Positions 1-12,219 of a stretch of 64,000 nucleotides of DNA are shown here, in pieces; position 1 is the stretch's first letter, and each line of letters opens with the position of its first letter. Source of the DNA: an uncultured Candidatus Rokubacteria bacterium (GTDB lineage Bacteria > Methylomirabilota > Methylomirabilia > Rokubacteriales > CSP1-6); assembly GCA_963758635.1 (NCBI GenBank), contig CAVWWD010000002.1, positions 32,001-96,000 on the forward strand, written 5' to 3'. The notes beneath the pieces were generated by a model. That model made no database searches. It saw only the letters and a program-made list of their open reading frames with translations, and had not been told where the DNA came from. The position numbers were made by a program, and so were the translations under genes.

Positions 1-739
1 GCACCACGAAGCCCGGGGCGACCGTCGGCGGCGTCCAGCGGCTGGGCTGAAGCGGCTCGCGCGTGGGCGTGAAGGCGGGAATGACCACGAAGAGCCCGCT
101 CGTGACACCTCGTGTGACGCGCACCGCTGCCGAGTAGACGCCCATCTTCTCCGCATCGATGGGGTCGAGCGCGTCGTAGGGATTCACGAGGTCGGTGGGG
201 TTGTACGCGTCGCCCGTGCCCCAGGCGAAGACCTGTTTGCCCAGCGTGACCTCCACGGGATCGTGACGCAGCCGCAGCACCGCCTCGCGGAGGTTCAGGA
301 TGCTCCGGCGCTCCTCGGTCTCGGGGATCTGGAAGTACACGCCGTCGGTCAGGTCGGCGTCGTCGCCGCGCGCCTCCACCACCGCCGTGACGTGCGCCCA
401 CGCGGCGAGGCGTCGCTGCCACTCCACGCGCAGGATGCCCTCGTTGCGGAACTGCTCATCGCCCGCCGGCGACTCCTGGAAGTGCGAGAAGTTCTTGTAG
501 ATGAGCGCGCCCTTCAGCCCGAGCCCCGTCCACCAAGACGGCGCCGGCTCGGCCGCCGGCGGCGCCTCGCCGGTGGGCTTTGCCCCTTCCGTGGGCTGGG
601 CCTGGCCGGTCGTCTGCGCCTCACCCGTGGGCGGCGCCTCGCCGCGCGCCTGCGCGGCCCCTCGCGCCGGCCACAAGCCGCCGGCCCCGCACACCAGCGC
701 CAGGCAGAGGACGAGCAGACAGGGTCGTGACGGTGTCAC
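1..739 (-). CDS. Putative outer-membrane beta-barrel protein (DUF1302-like), 3' end outside the window
   Basis: Read manually (absent from the ORF track because there is no stop in the window): GTG at 739, signal-peptide-like MTPSRPCLLVLCLALVCGAGG, low-complexity linker, then VTLGKQVFAWGTGDAYNPTDLVNPYD motif. Confidence 0.6.
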   Translation of the reverse strand, partial: MTPSRPCLLVLCLALVCGAGGLWPARGAAQARGEAPPTGEAQTTGQAQPTEGAKPTGEAPPAAEPAPSWWTGLGLKGALIYKNFSHFQESPAGDEQFRNEGILRVEWQRRLAAWAHVTAVVEARGDDADLTDGVYFQIPETEERRSILNLREAVLRLRHDPVEVTLGKQVFAWGTGDAYNPTDLVNPYDALDPIDAEKMGVYSAAVRVTRGVTSGLFVVIPAFTPTREPLQPSRWTPPTVAPGFVV

Positions 740-987
740 GCAGGAAGACGGGAGAGTCACGGCCGGGCGGCGGCACGCCGCGAGTTCACGGCCCGTCCTG
801 TTGCGTGCGCGAGCGCCTGCATGTCCGACCAGCGTTCTCCTCGCGTGGCGTGTGCCCGTGGGCGCTGCCGCGGCAGGCACGATACAGTACACCGCTTCGC
901 GTCTCTCGCGCGAATCGGCGCCCAGCCCGCGGGACCCGCTGATAGCGGTCTGGCCATACCGTCCCACGTCGTCTACCCTTGGGAGCC

Positions 988-3316
988 ATGACACCTACAA
1001 CGACCGCCGCCACACCGTCGAAGCTCATGGGCGCCTCGGTGAAGCGCAAGGAAGACCCGCGGCTCATCACCGGCGCCTCCACCTACGTGACCGATGTCGC
1101 CCTGCCCGGGATGCAGTGGGTGGCCTTCGTGCGCAGCCCTCACGCCCACGCCCGCGTCGGCAGGATCGACGCCACGGCCGCGCTCCGCGTGCCCGGGGTG
1201 AAGCAGGTCGTCACCGGCGAGGAGATCCGGACCATGGCCAAGGCCCTGCCGCCGGCGAGCGCGTCGGCCGAGGGCGGCGGCAGCGCCGGCGCGCCGGGCC
1301 GCCAGCACTGGGCGCTGTCGACGGGCGTCGTGCGCCACGTGGGCGAGGCGGTCGCGGCGGTGATCGCCGACAGTGACGCCGCGGCCCACGACGGCGCCGA
1401 GGCGGTCGAGGTCGACTGGCAGCCCATGCCCGCGGTGACCGACATCTGGAAGGCGATGGAGGCCGGCGCCCCGCAGCTCCACGCCGACGCGGCCGGCAAC
1501 ATCGAGCACAAGAACCAGATCACCGCCGGCGACGTCGACGCCGCCTTCGGCCGGGCCGGGCGCGTGGTCCGGCAGCGCATCGTGAGCCAGCGCCTGTGCG
1601 GCATGTCGCTGGAGCCGCGGGCGTGCGTGGCCGCTCCCGAGGGGATCAACGGCGGCATCGTGGTCTACGCCACCCACCAGGCGCCGCACATGCTGCGGGC
1701 CGACCTGGCCGGCGTGCTCGGCATGGACGCGAACCTGATCCGCGTGGTCAATCCCGACATGGGCGGCGGCTTCGGGGTGAAGTTCGGCTGCTACCCGGAG
1801 GACGTGGTGCTCGCCGCGCTCGCGAAGAAGCTCCGCCGTCCGCTCAAGTGGGTGGAGACCCGCGTCGAGCACATGCTGGCGACGACGCACGGGCGCGACC
1901 AGGTCGCGGACCTCGAGGCCGCGGTGGAGGACGACGGCACCGTCACCGCGCTCCGCATGAAGGTGACGGCGAACATCGGCGCGTACCCGGTGTTCACGTT
2001 CATCCCCGACCTCACGCTGTTCATGGGCGTGGGCGTCTACAAGTTCACCAACGTCGACGTGTCGTCCACGTGCGTGTTCACCAACACCACGACGGTCGCC
2101 GCGTATCGCGGGGCCGGACGGCCGGAGGCCGCGTACTACCTCGAGCGGCTCATGGACATCATCGCCGCCGAGCTCGGCCTGCCCCCGGAGCAGGTACGCC
2201 GGAAGAACTTCATCCCCCCGAGCGCGTTCCCGTACGACACGCCCACCGGCCAGAGCTACGACTCCGGCGAGTACGACAAGGCGCTCACCGAGGCCCTCCG
2301 CATGTCCGACGTGGGCCGGTGGCGGAAGGAGCAGGCGGAGCGGGTGAAGCGCGGCGATACCAAGCGCCTCGGCGTCGGCATGGCCTGCTACGTCGAGATG
2401 TGCGGGTTCGGGCCGTACGAGAGCGCGATCGTGCGCGTGGACTCGTCGGGCACGGTGACGGTCTATACCGGCACGTCCGCCCACGGCCAGGGGCACGAGA
2501 CGACCTTCGCCCAGATCGTGTCCGACCACCTCGGCGTCGACTTCGACCGCATCCAGGTGCGGCACGGCGACACCGCGGCGATCCCGATGGGCAACGGGAC
2601 GGGCGGCTCGCGGAGCGTGGCGGTGGGCGGCACGTCGATCTACAACGCGACGCTCAAGGTGCAGGAGAAGGCGCGCCGCATCGCCGCCTCGATGCTGGAG
2701 GCGGCGTTCGAGGACGTGGTGCTCACGGACGGCCGCTACCAGGTGCGCGGCGCGCCGGCCAAGGCGCTGGGGCTCGCGGAGATCGCCGCGATGGCGCACG
2801 GCGAGACGCTCGCGCCGGGGCTCGAGCACGGGCTCGAGGGCACCGAGTTCTGGCGGCCGCCGGCGCTCGTGTACCCGTTCGGCGCCCACGTCGCCGTGGT
2901 CGAGGTGGACACGGAGACGGGCGCCGTCCGGCTGCTCGACTACGTGTCGGTGGACGACTGCGGCGTGCGGATCTCGCCCAACCTCGTGTCCGGTCAGGTG
3001 CACGGCGGCCTCGCCCAGGGCATCGCGCAGGCCCTCTGGGAGGAGCTGCGATACGGCGACGACGGCCAGCTCCTCACCGGGACGCTGATGGACTACGCGG
3101 TGCCGCGGGCCGACGACCTGCCCGTCGTTCCGCGACGCGGCCACCGTCACCCCGACCCCGCGCAACCCGCTCGGCGCCAAGGGCATCGGCGAGGCCGCCA
3201 CGATCGGCTCGACGCCCGCGGTGGTCAACGCGGTGGTGGACGCGCTGCGCGCCGGCGGGACGCGGCACCTCGACATGCCGCTCCGGCCTTCGGCGCTGGT
3301 GGCGGTCAAGAAATAG
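988..3316 (+). CDS. Molybdopterin-binding large subunit, xanthine dehydrogenase family / form II CoxL-like (frameshift near 3125)
   Basis: RKEDPRLITG, GGGFG, AYRGAGRPEA (form II signature), GQGHETT and GQVHGG motifs; C-terminus NPLGAKGIGEAATIG continues in another frame to TAG at 3316; GGGAG RBS. Confidence 0.85.
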
Positions 3317-3328
3317 GGCGGGCGCTCC

Positions 3329-4541
3329 TCAGTCGCAGGACCCGCCCTCGTCCGGCCGCCACGGGTTCGAGAACGTGCTGAGCGACTCGAGGAAGACGAC
3401 CAGGTCGGTCTGCTCGCGCGGGGTGAGGTCCAGGCGCTCCGCGGCCGAGGGCCGCCAGTCCTTCGTGGAGCATCCGGAGGGGATCCACGCTCGAGTAGTG
3501 CCGCACGACCTCGGCGAGGGTCTCGATGCTGCCGTCGCGGCCGTACGGCGCGGTCAGCATGAGGTTGCGGAGGGACGGCACCTTGAACTCTCCGGGACTG
3601 GCCTTCTCGCGCGCGGCCTGGCGCGTCTGCTCGGCGCTCGCCCTCGTCGGGTCGTCGTTGTACGGGCCGAGCAGGTTGAACCGGCTTTCGAGAGCCTGGC
3701 GGATGCCGTCGGGGCGCCCGGGATCGGGCGTGCCCCGGGGGGCGAAGCGGGACAGGCCCGTGTGGAAGAACTCGCCGTTGGTGAAGTTCGGGCCCGAGTG
3801 GCACGACACGCAGCCGCCCTTGCCGATGAAGATCTTGAGTCCCCGCTGGGCCGACTCGGAATAGCCGGAGGCCGAGGGCGCGACCCCGCGCGCCAGGGCC
3901 TCGCGGAATCGATCGAACGGCGTGCCGCCGCTCGTCAGCGTTTCCAGGAAGGCGGCCAGGACCTTCCCGGCATCCACGAACAGCGCCTCGTCGGCCGCGG
4001 ACGCCGGCGCGGCTCCGAAGGCCCGCCGGTAGCGACACGACAGGTCCTGGTCCTTCCGGATCAGCTCGGCGACATGGCGCGGCGTCGCGGCCAGCTCCCG
4101 CTGGTCGACGATCGCGCGAAGGCCCTGGGACCAGAGGCTGTCGGCGGCGCCGCCCCAGCCGGACCAGCGCTGGCCGTGCAGGTTGGCGACGGTCGGCGTG
4201 TTGCGGTCCACCTCGGCCAGGCCGACGCCGCGCCGGAGGTTGTCGCTCCAGTGGCGCTCCGGCACGTGGCAGGTCGAGCAGGAGACCGTGCCGCTTCCGG
4301 ACAGGCGCTGATCGAAGAACAGGCGCGTCCCGAGCTCGATCGCGTGCCGGTTCCCCGAGACTCGGTTGCTCGGATCCTGCCCCACGGGCGACCGCCACGG
4401 CCCCTGGAAGAGGATGATCCTGATCTCCTTCTCGGTGAACGCGGGCCCGGGGCCGGCGCCGTCGTCCGCCTGACCGGTCCACGGAAGCGCCACGCACGCT
4501 GCGCCGACCACGGCGGATGCGACACGCATCGCCACCCGCAT
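3329..4541 (-). CDS. Di-heme cytochrome c peroxidase / MauG family periplasmic protein (frameshift near 3470)
   Basis: Signal peptide, LGTRLFFDQRLSG, two CxxCH motifs (CSTCH, CVSCH), FKVPSLRNL, C-terminal EQTDLVVFLESLS; AAGGAGG RBS upstream. Confidence 0.85.
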
Positions 4542-7500
4542 CACGAGCCTCCTTCGAGTCCTCGAGGCGACTGCCAGGTGCGCGACGGTCGGAGCGTCGA
4601 AGAACACGCGCAACGGCACGTCCACGTGGAAGCTGTCGAAGACGCGATTCAAGAGCTGCGTGGCCAGCAACGAGTGTCCGCCCACCTCGAAGAAGTCATC
4701 GTCGACGCCGACCGGGTCGTATCCGAGCACGTCTGCCCAGAGCCGCGCAAGCCCTCGCTCATACGGCGTGCGCGGGGCAACCGCCGGCAGGGGCCGTGCC
4801 GCCGATTCATGGGGCGGCACGGGCAGGGCCCGGCGGTCGACCTTGCCGTTCGGGAGCAGCGGCAATGCCTCCAGGTGAACGATGCTCGCCGGGATCATGT
4901 GGCTCGGAACGTGTTCTTGCATGAAGCGCCGTAGCTCGCTGACGGTGGGTGCCAGGCGCCGTGGCCGAGACCACGTAGGCCGCCAGCCCGGGTTCCCCGG
5001 GTGGTCCTCGCGGGACATGACCACCGCATCGTTCACCGCGGCGTGTCGCACGAGCACGCCTTCCACCTCGGCGGGGTCGACGAGATGGCCGCGGATCTTC
5101 ACGCGCGCGTCCTTCCGCCCCAGGTACAGCAGGCAGCCATCGGAGCGCAGACGGCCCAGGTCGCCCGTGCGATAGAGTCGTGCATCGCTTCCCTGCGGGT
5201 CAGGGAGCAAGGCACGTGCGGGTCAGCTCCGGCTGGCGCCAGTAACCCCGGAACAGGTAGCGGCTCTTGATCGTGATCTCACCGACCTCGTGGCTGTCGA
5301 CCTCGTACCCGCGCTCATCGCGCAGGAGGATCTCCGTGTCCGTCACCGGATAGCCGACAGGCACCGTGCCGCCGGCGAGGGGCGTATCGTGATCGAGGAA
5401 GTACTGCCGGGCGATCCCCATCTCCGTGATGCCCATCCGGTTGTGGAGCAGGCAATGGCGGGGGAAGTGACGCCGGTAACGCTCCACCTCGCGCGGGGTA
5501 ACGGGCTCGCCGGCCAGCTCGATCAGCCGTAGCGCCGGAAATGCCTGGGCGCCGGTCAGGGTGTCGGCGAAGTAGCGGAACACCGTCGGCACCGAGTGGT
5601 ACACGGTGATGCCTCCCGATCCACGCGCGCCGCCAGCTGGGCCATCGTCTCCTTCCGGAGATCGTACGGGAAGAGGCTCGCCCCGTTGAGCAAGGCGCCG
5701 AAGATGTTCGTCATGGCCGCGCCGAAGCCGTAGGAGAACAGGAGCGTCAGGCGGTCGTCGGCCGAGATGTGCGAGCCGTTCGTGTACTTCATGATCGGTG
5801 TGCAGCAGCCGCAGTGATCGTGCACGACGCCCTTCGGCTGTCCGGTCGAGCCCGACGTGTACAGGATGTAGGCGAGGCATCCGGAGCGATGGGCAGCGCC
5901 AGATCGTCTGACGGGAGAGCCGGGTCGAGGGCATCGACATCGAGGAGATGGACCCCGGGGCCAGCCAGCTGCTGGGCCAGTGACCGCGACGATGCGCCCG
6001 TGATCAGCAGCCGGCTGTCCGTGTCGGACAGCATCGTCGTCAGCCGGCCCCTCGGGTACGTCGGGTCCAGCGCCACGAAACACTTCCCCGCCTTCAACAC
6101 CCCCAGGAGCGCGACGAGCATCGGCGCTCCGTGCTCGAACAGCAGCGCGATGGGCTCCGACGCCCCCACGGCGCGCGCCATGACTGCGCGCGCGACGCGA
6201 TTCGCGGCATGGTTCAAGGCCGTGTAGGTCAGCGCGAGCTGGGGCGTCCGGACGGCCAGTCCGTCGGCGTGCTCGCGCACTTGCTGCTCGAAGCGCGCAG
6301 GGATGGATTGCTCGACGGCCGACGCGGGGAACGGCACGAACGGTGTGGTCGGCTCCACGCGGCGCGGCGGCAGCGCGGTGCGGCGCCGGGCCGCGCGCCG
6401 GCGGCGGAGGTGGCGGCCGGCGCCCACTCACGGCGCACCAGCGGGGACTTGCCGGTGCGGGGGTCGACGGCGATGCTGCGGCAACCGGCCGACCCGGAAG
6501 GTGGTGCGCGTCGCATCCTTCATGTTCAGCCAGCGCTGGAAGGCTCGCCCGACCGCGTCGTCGAACGTCCTCCTGCGGCCACGTAGTCGACACGGACATG
6601 GTCCGGCCGCTCCGAGACGAACTGGACGCGCTCCAGCCCGGGCACGAGCAACGTCGCCAGCAGCGTCGGAGGTAGCGCATCGACCGCGCCGTGGCGCATG
6701 ACCACCGGCAAGGCGTCGTCGGTCCGTCCCTCGATGCTCCGGATGGTGGTAAAGGCGCTCTCGTGTGCGGCGGTCACCGACCGTCACGTAGTCGGCCAGC
6801 TCGTATCGGATGAGGGGGAGCGTGTAGTTGAAGAGGTTCGTTTCCACAGCATGGCCCTGGCCGCCGGGCGGAACCGGCCGCCGTGCTTCGTCCAGCACCT
6901 CCAGGATGTTCAGATCGTCCATCACGGTCATCTCGTCTCGCGCCGGCGACCTGACGGCCATGTACGGCGCTTCCGAGGCGCTGTACGTGACGTAGACCTG
7001 CGCGTCCCACACACGCTCGATGCTCTGCGCCATGCGCTCGGTGAACCGCTCGCCGCTCACGAGAACCGTCCGGGGACGGATCCGCAGCGTCCCCTTCTGC
7101 GCCAGGTCCGCCAAGGTGGCGATGCCGCTCGAATACCCGGTCAGACGATCAGGCTGAAAGTTGTTCAAGGATTCCACCACCGTGTGCACGCTGTCCATCA
7201 CCGAGAGGAACAGGCAGTCGTAGGTGGCGGCGGGCATGTGCTTCGCGGTGGTGATCCCGGCGAAGTGCCCATGCGTGGCCAGAAAGAAGGCGGCGCGGGT
7301 CTTCCCGCCTACGCCACGTTCGGGGGGCGGAAGGCGTGGCGCGATGGTGCTGTTCATCACCTGCCAGTCGGCGCGGCTGTACACGAAGATGCCGAAGCGG
7401 CCCGAGGACCCCGAGCCGTGCACCATGACGAACTGCTGCTGGTAGCACCTCGGCCGGGTCCTGGTTGTCCTGCAGCCAGCGCTCGATGTCGTGCCGACGC

Positions 7501-7751
7501 AGCCGCCGATCGGTCACGGCCGTGTCGAAATGCTCCATGACGCGACGCTTGGAGACGAACGGGAGATCCTCGACCGTCAGCTCCGGAAGGTCTTTCTCGG
7601 CGATCCCGTGGCTCGCGTAGTAGTCGCGATAGAACGCCGAGTGTCGCCAGACGTGGCGGAGGAGGGCGCGGTGGCCGCGCCGTTGCTAGTCTGAACCTTC
7701 TCAGCGGGTGGCCGGCACAGCGGGGAGGCGGAGGGCCGCGCGCTGATTCAT
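4541..7751 (-). CDS. NRPS-like protein: PaaK/phenylacetate-CoA-ligase-like domain + adenylation domain + carrier (T) domain, multiply frameshifted
   Basis: Fragments in several frames: HSAFYRDYY..DLPFVSK..MEHFD, GSGSSG, TNLFNYTLPLIRYE (PaaK-like); LTYTALNHAANR, AYILYTSGSTGQPKGV, YRTGDLGR, GRKDARVKIRG, PLLPNGKVDR (A domain); DDDFFEVGGHSL (T domain). One gene versus two cannot be resolved. Confidence 0.7.
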
Positions 7752-7823
7752 GGCGTTGGTGTCCCGACTGTAGCATCCGCGGCGGTGTCGACTGGCCCGG
7801 CGGCGCGTCCGTGAGCGGGGGGG

Positions 7824-8476
7824 TCAGGGGCCTCGGCGTCGTGAACGCCCGCGCTCGCGCAGCGCGGCGTCCACCAGGGCGTCCATCATCCAGCGCACCA
7901 CCGCCTCCGTTTCGCGGTCGGTCGCGCCGCAGATGTCCTTGAGGATGACCATCGGCTCGATGCCGTAGACGACGGCCAGCGCCTTGAGCAGGCGTCGATA
8001 CGTCGCCGGGCGGCAGGCGTCGTCTCAGGGGATGGAGCGTGGTGGCGAGGATCTCGGTGCGCTGGCCGCGACGGAAGGGCTCCTCCTCCAGCAGCCCGGC
8101 GGCCTCCAGCGAGCGATGCTCGAGGGCCAGCTGGAGCGCGGCGCGCATGTGCGGCTCGTACTCGGCGAACCGCGAGTAGGTGCGGTCGAGCAGCTCGTGA
8201 AGGCGCTGCTTGGCGTCGCCTTGCTGCGGCACGGCCCGCCGCACCGGGCCCAGGGCCTCGGCGATCACCGCGCTCACGAGCTTGGACCGCGACGGGAAGT
8301 AGCGGTACGCCGTGGCGCGGGACACGCCGGCGCTCTGGGCCACCTCGGCCACGGACGGGATGCGGCCCGCGTCGCACGAGCCGGACGGCCTCGTCGAGGA
8401 GTCGGCGGAACACCCGGCTCCGGTGGCCGGAGCCGAGGTCGGGCAAGGCGTAGAAGGGTCTGGCGCCTTTCCTCAC
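7824..8476 (-). CDS. TetR/AcrR family transcriptional regulator (frameshifted)
   Basis: HTH SVAEVAQSAGVSRATAYRYFPSR; C-terminal LAVVYGIEPMVILKDICG in an adjacent frame, ending at TGA 7824. Confidence 0.85.
8452..8474 (+). repeat. 23-bp direct repeat, copy 1 (AGAAGGGTCTGGCGCCTTTCCTC)
   Basis: Identical to 12934-12956; extends to 31 bp with 2 mismatches. Confidence 0.95.
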
Positions 8477-8523
8477 TGGTCCTGCTTCAGGGGCGGTCGA
8501 GACCGGTCACGAGGGCGCGCGGC

Positions 8524-8904
8524 TCACCTCGGGAGGCCGCGTCCATCACGCGAGTGCTGGAGCAGCTGGACCGGCCGGACCTCGAGCACCGCGACGCGCG
8601 CCGCCGGAAATCTCGCCGCGACGGCGCAGGCCTCGTCCATGTCCTTGGCCTCGATGACGAAGAATCCACCCAGCTGTTCCCTGGTCTCGGCAAAGGGGCT
8701 GGCCGTGGTGGAGGCCTGACCGTCGCCGACGCGGATGGTCCGCGCCGTCCGGACAGGCTGCAGGGCATCGGTGGCGACGAGGTGGCCGGTTCGCCTGAGC
8801 TCCTCGGCGTACTCGATCGAGGCGTCGACGAGGGCCCCCAACTCCTTCTCGGGCATCGCGGCCAGCTCGTTCTCGTCGTGGTAGATCGTGAACATGAATC
8901 TCAT
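8524..8904 (-). CDS. YCII-related domain protein (DGPF-type)
   Basis: ALQPVRTARTIRV..SPFAETREQLGGFFVIEAKDMDEA..EVRPV; GAGGAGG RBS. Confidence 0.9.
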   Translation of the reverse strand: MRFMFTIYHDENELAAMPEKELGALVDASIEYAEELRRTGHLVATDALQPVRTARTIRVGDGQASTTASPFAETREQLGGFFVIEAKDMDEACAVAARFPAARVAVLEVRPVQLLQHSRDGRGLPR

Positions 8905-9002
8905 CGCATCCTCCTCGCGAGCGGAGCCCGTGGGCCCTGGGCTCGCGCTGGGGTCACTCTGGAGAAGGTATACCAGGCCGGTGTCCTTCTCGCGCGACAG
9001 CG

Positions 9003-12000
9003 TCACCTGGCGAGGCGGGCGCGCTCGAGCGCCGCCACGCGGCGATACTGATCGGAGCCCAGCTCCGCGGCGAGGGCGTCCACGGACCCGAGCGCGCTCG
9101 CGATCGCCGCGCGGTCGGCGGCGGGCTCCGAAGCCACGAGGCGAGCCCACGCCAGCGCGACATCGAAGGCGCCGAGCCGCCAGCCTCGTCCCCGATCCAC
9201 GAGCTCACGCGCCTCGGCGAGGAGCCCGCGGGCTTCGGCGCGGGCGCCCGCGGCCCGCTTCGCGTCCGCGAGCGTCGCGAGGATGCGCGGCTCGTACCAT
9301 AGCGCGGTGCGCCGATCGCGCGCGAGCGCGAGGGCCTGCTCGAGCACGCCCGTGGCCGCGTCCAGATCGCCGTCGGCGAGCTCCGCGGCGCCGAGAAACC
9401 CCGCCGCCTCCACCCGAGAGAACACGCTTCCGCCCTCTTCCGCGAGCTCGACGGCACGGCGGCCGTGCGCGAGCGCCCCGGGCACGTCTCCTCGCAAGCG
9501 CAGCACCTCGCACAGGAACGCGTGCGTTCCGTAGAGGGCCTGGAGCGGGGGCTCGCTCTCCTCGGCGAGGAGGGCTCGCAGGGCGGTCTCGCCCTCGCCC
9601 GAGCGCCCGAGATGCGTGCTCGCCAGCGCCCACCACACGCGGCACAAGCCAGGTGCGGTGGAGTGCCCGACCGCCTCCCGCAGCCCGGGCACCCGCGCGA
9701 CCTCGGCAAGAGCCCGCTCCGCGGTCGCGCGGGCGGGAGCGAGGCGGCCGGCGGCGAGCTGTGCGTGGGCCAGCACCGAACGGATCTCGAACTCGAAGGC
9801 GGCGTCGGATCCTTCGGCAAGCTCCATCGCATGCTCCGCGCACGCGAGGTACTGCCCGACATCGCCCGCGAGCCCGCAGAGGCGCCCATAGGAGGTGAGC
9901 AGGAACGCGTGGCCGGCCTTGTCCTGAAGCCGCTCGGCGACCGCGCGCGCCTCGTCGAACAGGCCACGGGCCTCGCCCTCCTCGATTCCGGCGATCCGGC
10001 CGATCTCGAGCAGCGCGATGCGGGAGGTGAGCTCGAGCATCAGGGTCTCGCGGCGCTCCGGAACGGCGGCGAGGAGCGCGGTGACCCGACGGCAGTGTCT
10101 CGCGCCCTCCGCCGGGTCACTGCGCGCGACGCGGCGGCCCGCCTGCTCGTGCCAGCGCGCCGCGTCGAGATGCTCGCCGGCCTCGTCGAAGTGATGCGCG
10201 AGGATCGCCGCGTGGGTGACCGCCGAGGGTCCGTGGAGCGTCAGCAAGGCTCGCGCGATGGCGGCATGGGTTCCGCGGCGCCGATCCAGGAGCTGCGTGC
10301 GATAGGCCACCTCCTGTGTGAGGGGATGGCGGAAGGCGTGATCCCCCGGAGACCCGGCAGGCCCGAGAAGCTCGGCGGTCGAAAGCCGCTCGAGGGACGC
10401 GGCGAGCTCGGGCGCGGGCAGATCGATCACGGCGCGCAGCAGCTCGACCGGGACGTCCCGGCCGACCACGGCGGCGGCCTGGAGGACGTCCTTGTCGCGG
10501 TCCCCGAGCCGATCGATGCGCGAGGCGAGAACGGCCTGGACCGTCTCGGGCAGCGTGATCTCCTCGATCGGGGCGGCCAGCCGGTAAGCGCCGCGTTCGC
10601 CGCGCAGCCCGCCACCCTCCACGAGCGAGCGAATCATCTCCTCGAGGAAGAGCGGGTTGCCGCGAGCCCGGCCCTCGATCCGGTCGCGCAGGGGCGCGAG
10701 CCCCGGATCAGCCCCGAGCCAGTCGTCCAGCAACACCCCCCCTTCCTGAAGGCCGAGGGGCGCAAGGGAGAGGGTCTCGACACCCGACGACCACCGAGGC
10801 CGATACTCGGGCCGCATGGTCGCGAGCAACAGCAGCCGGCTCCCCGCCGACTCCGGGGCCAGGAGACGCTCGACGAGCATCTCCAGCGCCGCCTCGCTCG
10901 CGGGGTCGAGCCAGTGCAGGTCCTCGACCCAGAGCACCGTGAGCTCGCGCCGAGCGCGCGCCTCGATCACATCGAGCAGCGACCGGAAGAGACGTGCGCG
11001 GCGCGCTTCGGGATCGAGTCCTGACGGCGCGGGACCGTGATCGGACACCCCGAGGAGGTCGAGCCAGAGATCCAGGGTGGTCGGGTCGGGCGGCGCATGA
11101 CCGAGACCGCGTCGCACGGCCTCCCGGAGGTCCGACGGCGGCGCGACTTCGGCGACCCCGAAGAGACTGCGCGCAAGCGCGACGACCACGTGAAAGGGAA
11201 GCATGCGTCCGTGGGAGGGCGCGCGGACGGAGTGAAGCGCCACGCCGCGCGCGCGCTCCACGAACTCGTGACAGAGGCGGCTCTTTCCCGCGCCCGGCTC
11301 CGCGGTGACCAGGACGACGCCCGGGCGGCCCGACTGCGCCTCGCGCAGAGCGGCCTCGAGCAGAGCGAGCTCGCGCTCGCGGCCCACGAAGCGCGAGAAG
11401 CCGCGCGCCCGGGAGCGCTCGAGGCGGCTCCGGACCGGGCCCGGACCCCGCAGCTCGAACACGCGCACGGGATGGCTCGCGCCCTTGAGACGCTGTTCCC
11501 CGCGGTCGAGGAAGTCGAAGAAGCCCGCCGCGAGGCGCGCGGTCTGCCCGGTCACGGCGATGCCGCCCGGTGGCGCCAGCTGCTGCACCCGGGCCGCGAG
11601 CCCGACGACGTGCCCCTGCGCGGTGTAGTCCATGCGCAGGTCGTCGCCGATCCGCCCCACGACCACCTCGCCGGAGTTCAGGCCCATCCGGACCGCGAGG
11701 TCGAGCCCGCTCCGCCCCCGCACGTCGTCGGCGAGCGCGCCGAGCTCGCCCGTCAGGTCCAGGGCGGCCGCACAGGCGCGCTGGGCGTGATCCTCATGGG
11801 CGATCGGGGCGCCGAAGAGCGCCATGATGCCGTCGCCGGTGTACTGGTTCACGGTCCCCTCGTATCGGTGGACACCACCGGCGAGGATCCGGAACATGCG
11901 ATCGAGCAGGCGATGCCATTCCTCGGGATCGACGCGCTCCGCGAGCTCCATCGAGCGCACGACGTCCGCGAAGAGGACGGTGACCAGCTTGCGCTCGCCC

Positions 12001-12159
12001 CTGAGCGCGCTCCGGGACGCCAGGATCTTCTCGACGAGATGCCGCGGCGTGTAGGAGCGCGGCTCGGGGGAGGTTGTCGGCGCAGCGAGGTGCGCGCCAC
12101 AATCGTTGCAGAACCTCGCGCCGCGCGGGGTTCTCGTGTCCGCAGAATGGGCAGCTCAC
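9003..12159 (-). CDS. Adenylate/guanylate cyclase with N-terminal double zinc ribbon, AAA/NTPase domain and TPR-like C-terminus (frameshift near 12125)
   Basis: CPFCGHEN..FCNDCG, GERKLVTVLFADV, QYTGDGIMALFGAPIAHEDHA, FVGRERE, Walker A AEPGAGKSRL, VEDLHWLD, GNPLFLEE. Confidence 0.9.
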
Positions 12160-12219
12160 GGGGCCTCGCCCATCTTAGCCTCATCCGTGAGGCCGTCGCG
12201 CCGTGACGAGGAGGACAGC

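Noticed and set aside
988..3316. Aerobic CO oxidation capacity
   Set aside because: Active-site loop is AYRGAGR (form II) and no coxMS or accessory genes are adjacent.
3306..5210. ORF-track fusion of the A-T C-terminus to cytochrome c peroxidase
   Set aside because: A strong AAGGAGG RBS, a signal peptide and an overlapping TGATG at the junction indicate a separate gene; the read-through is probably due to an indel.
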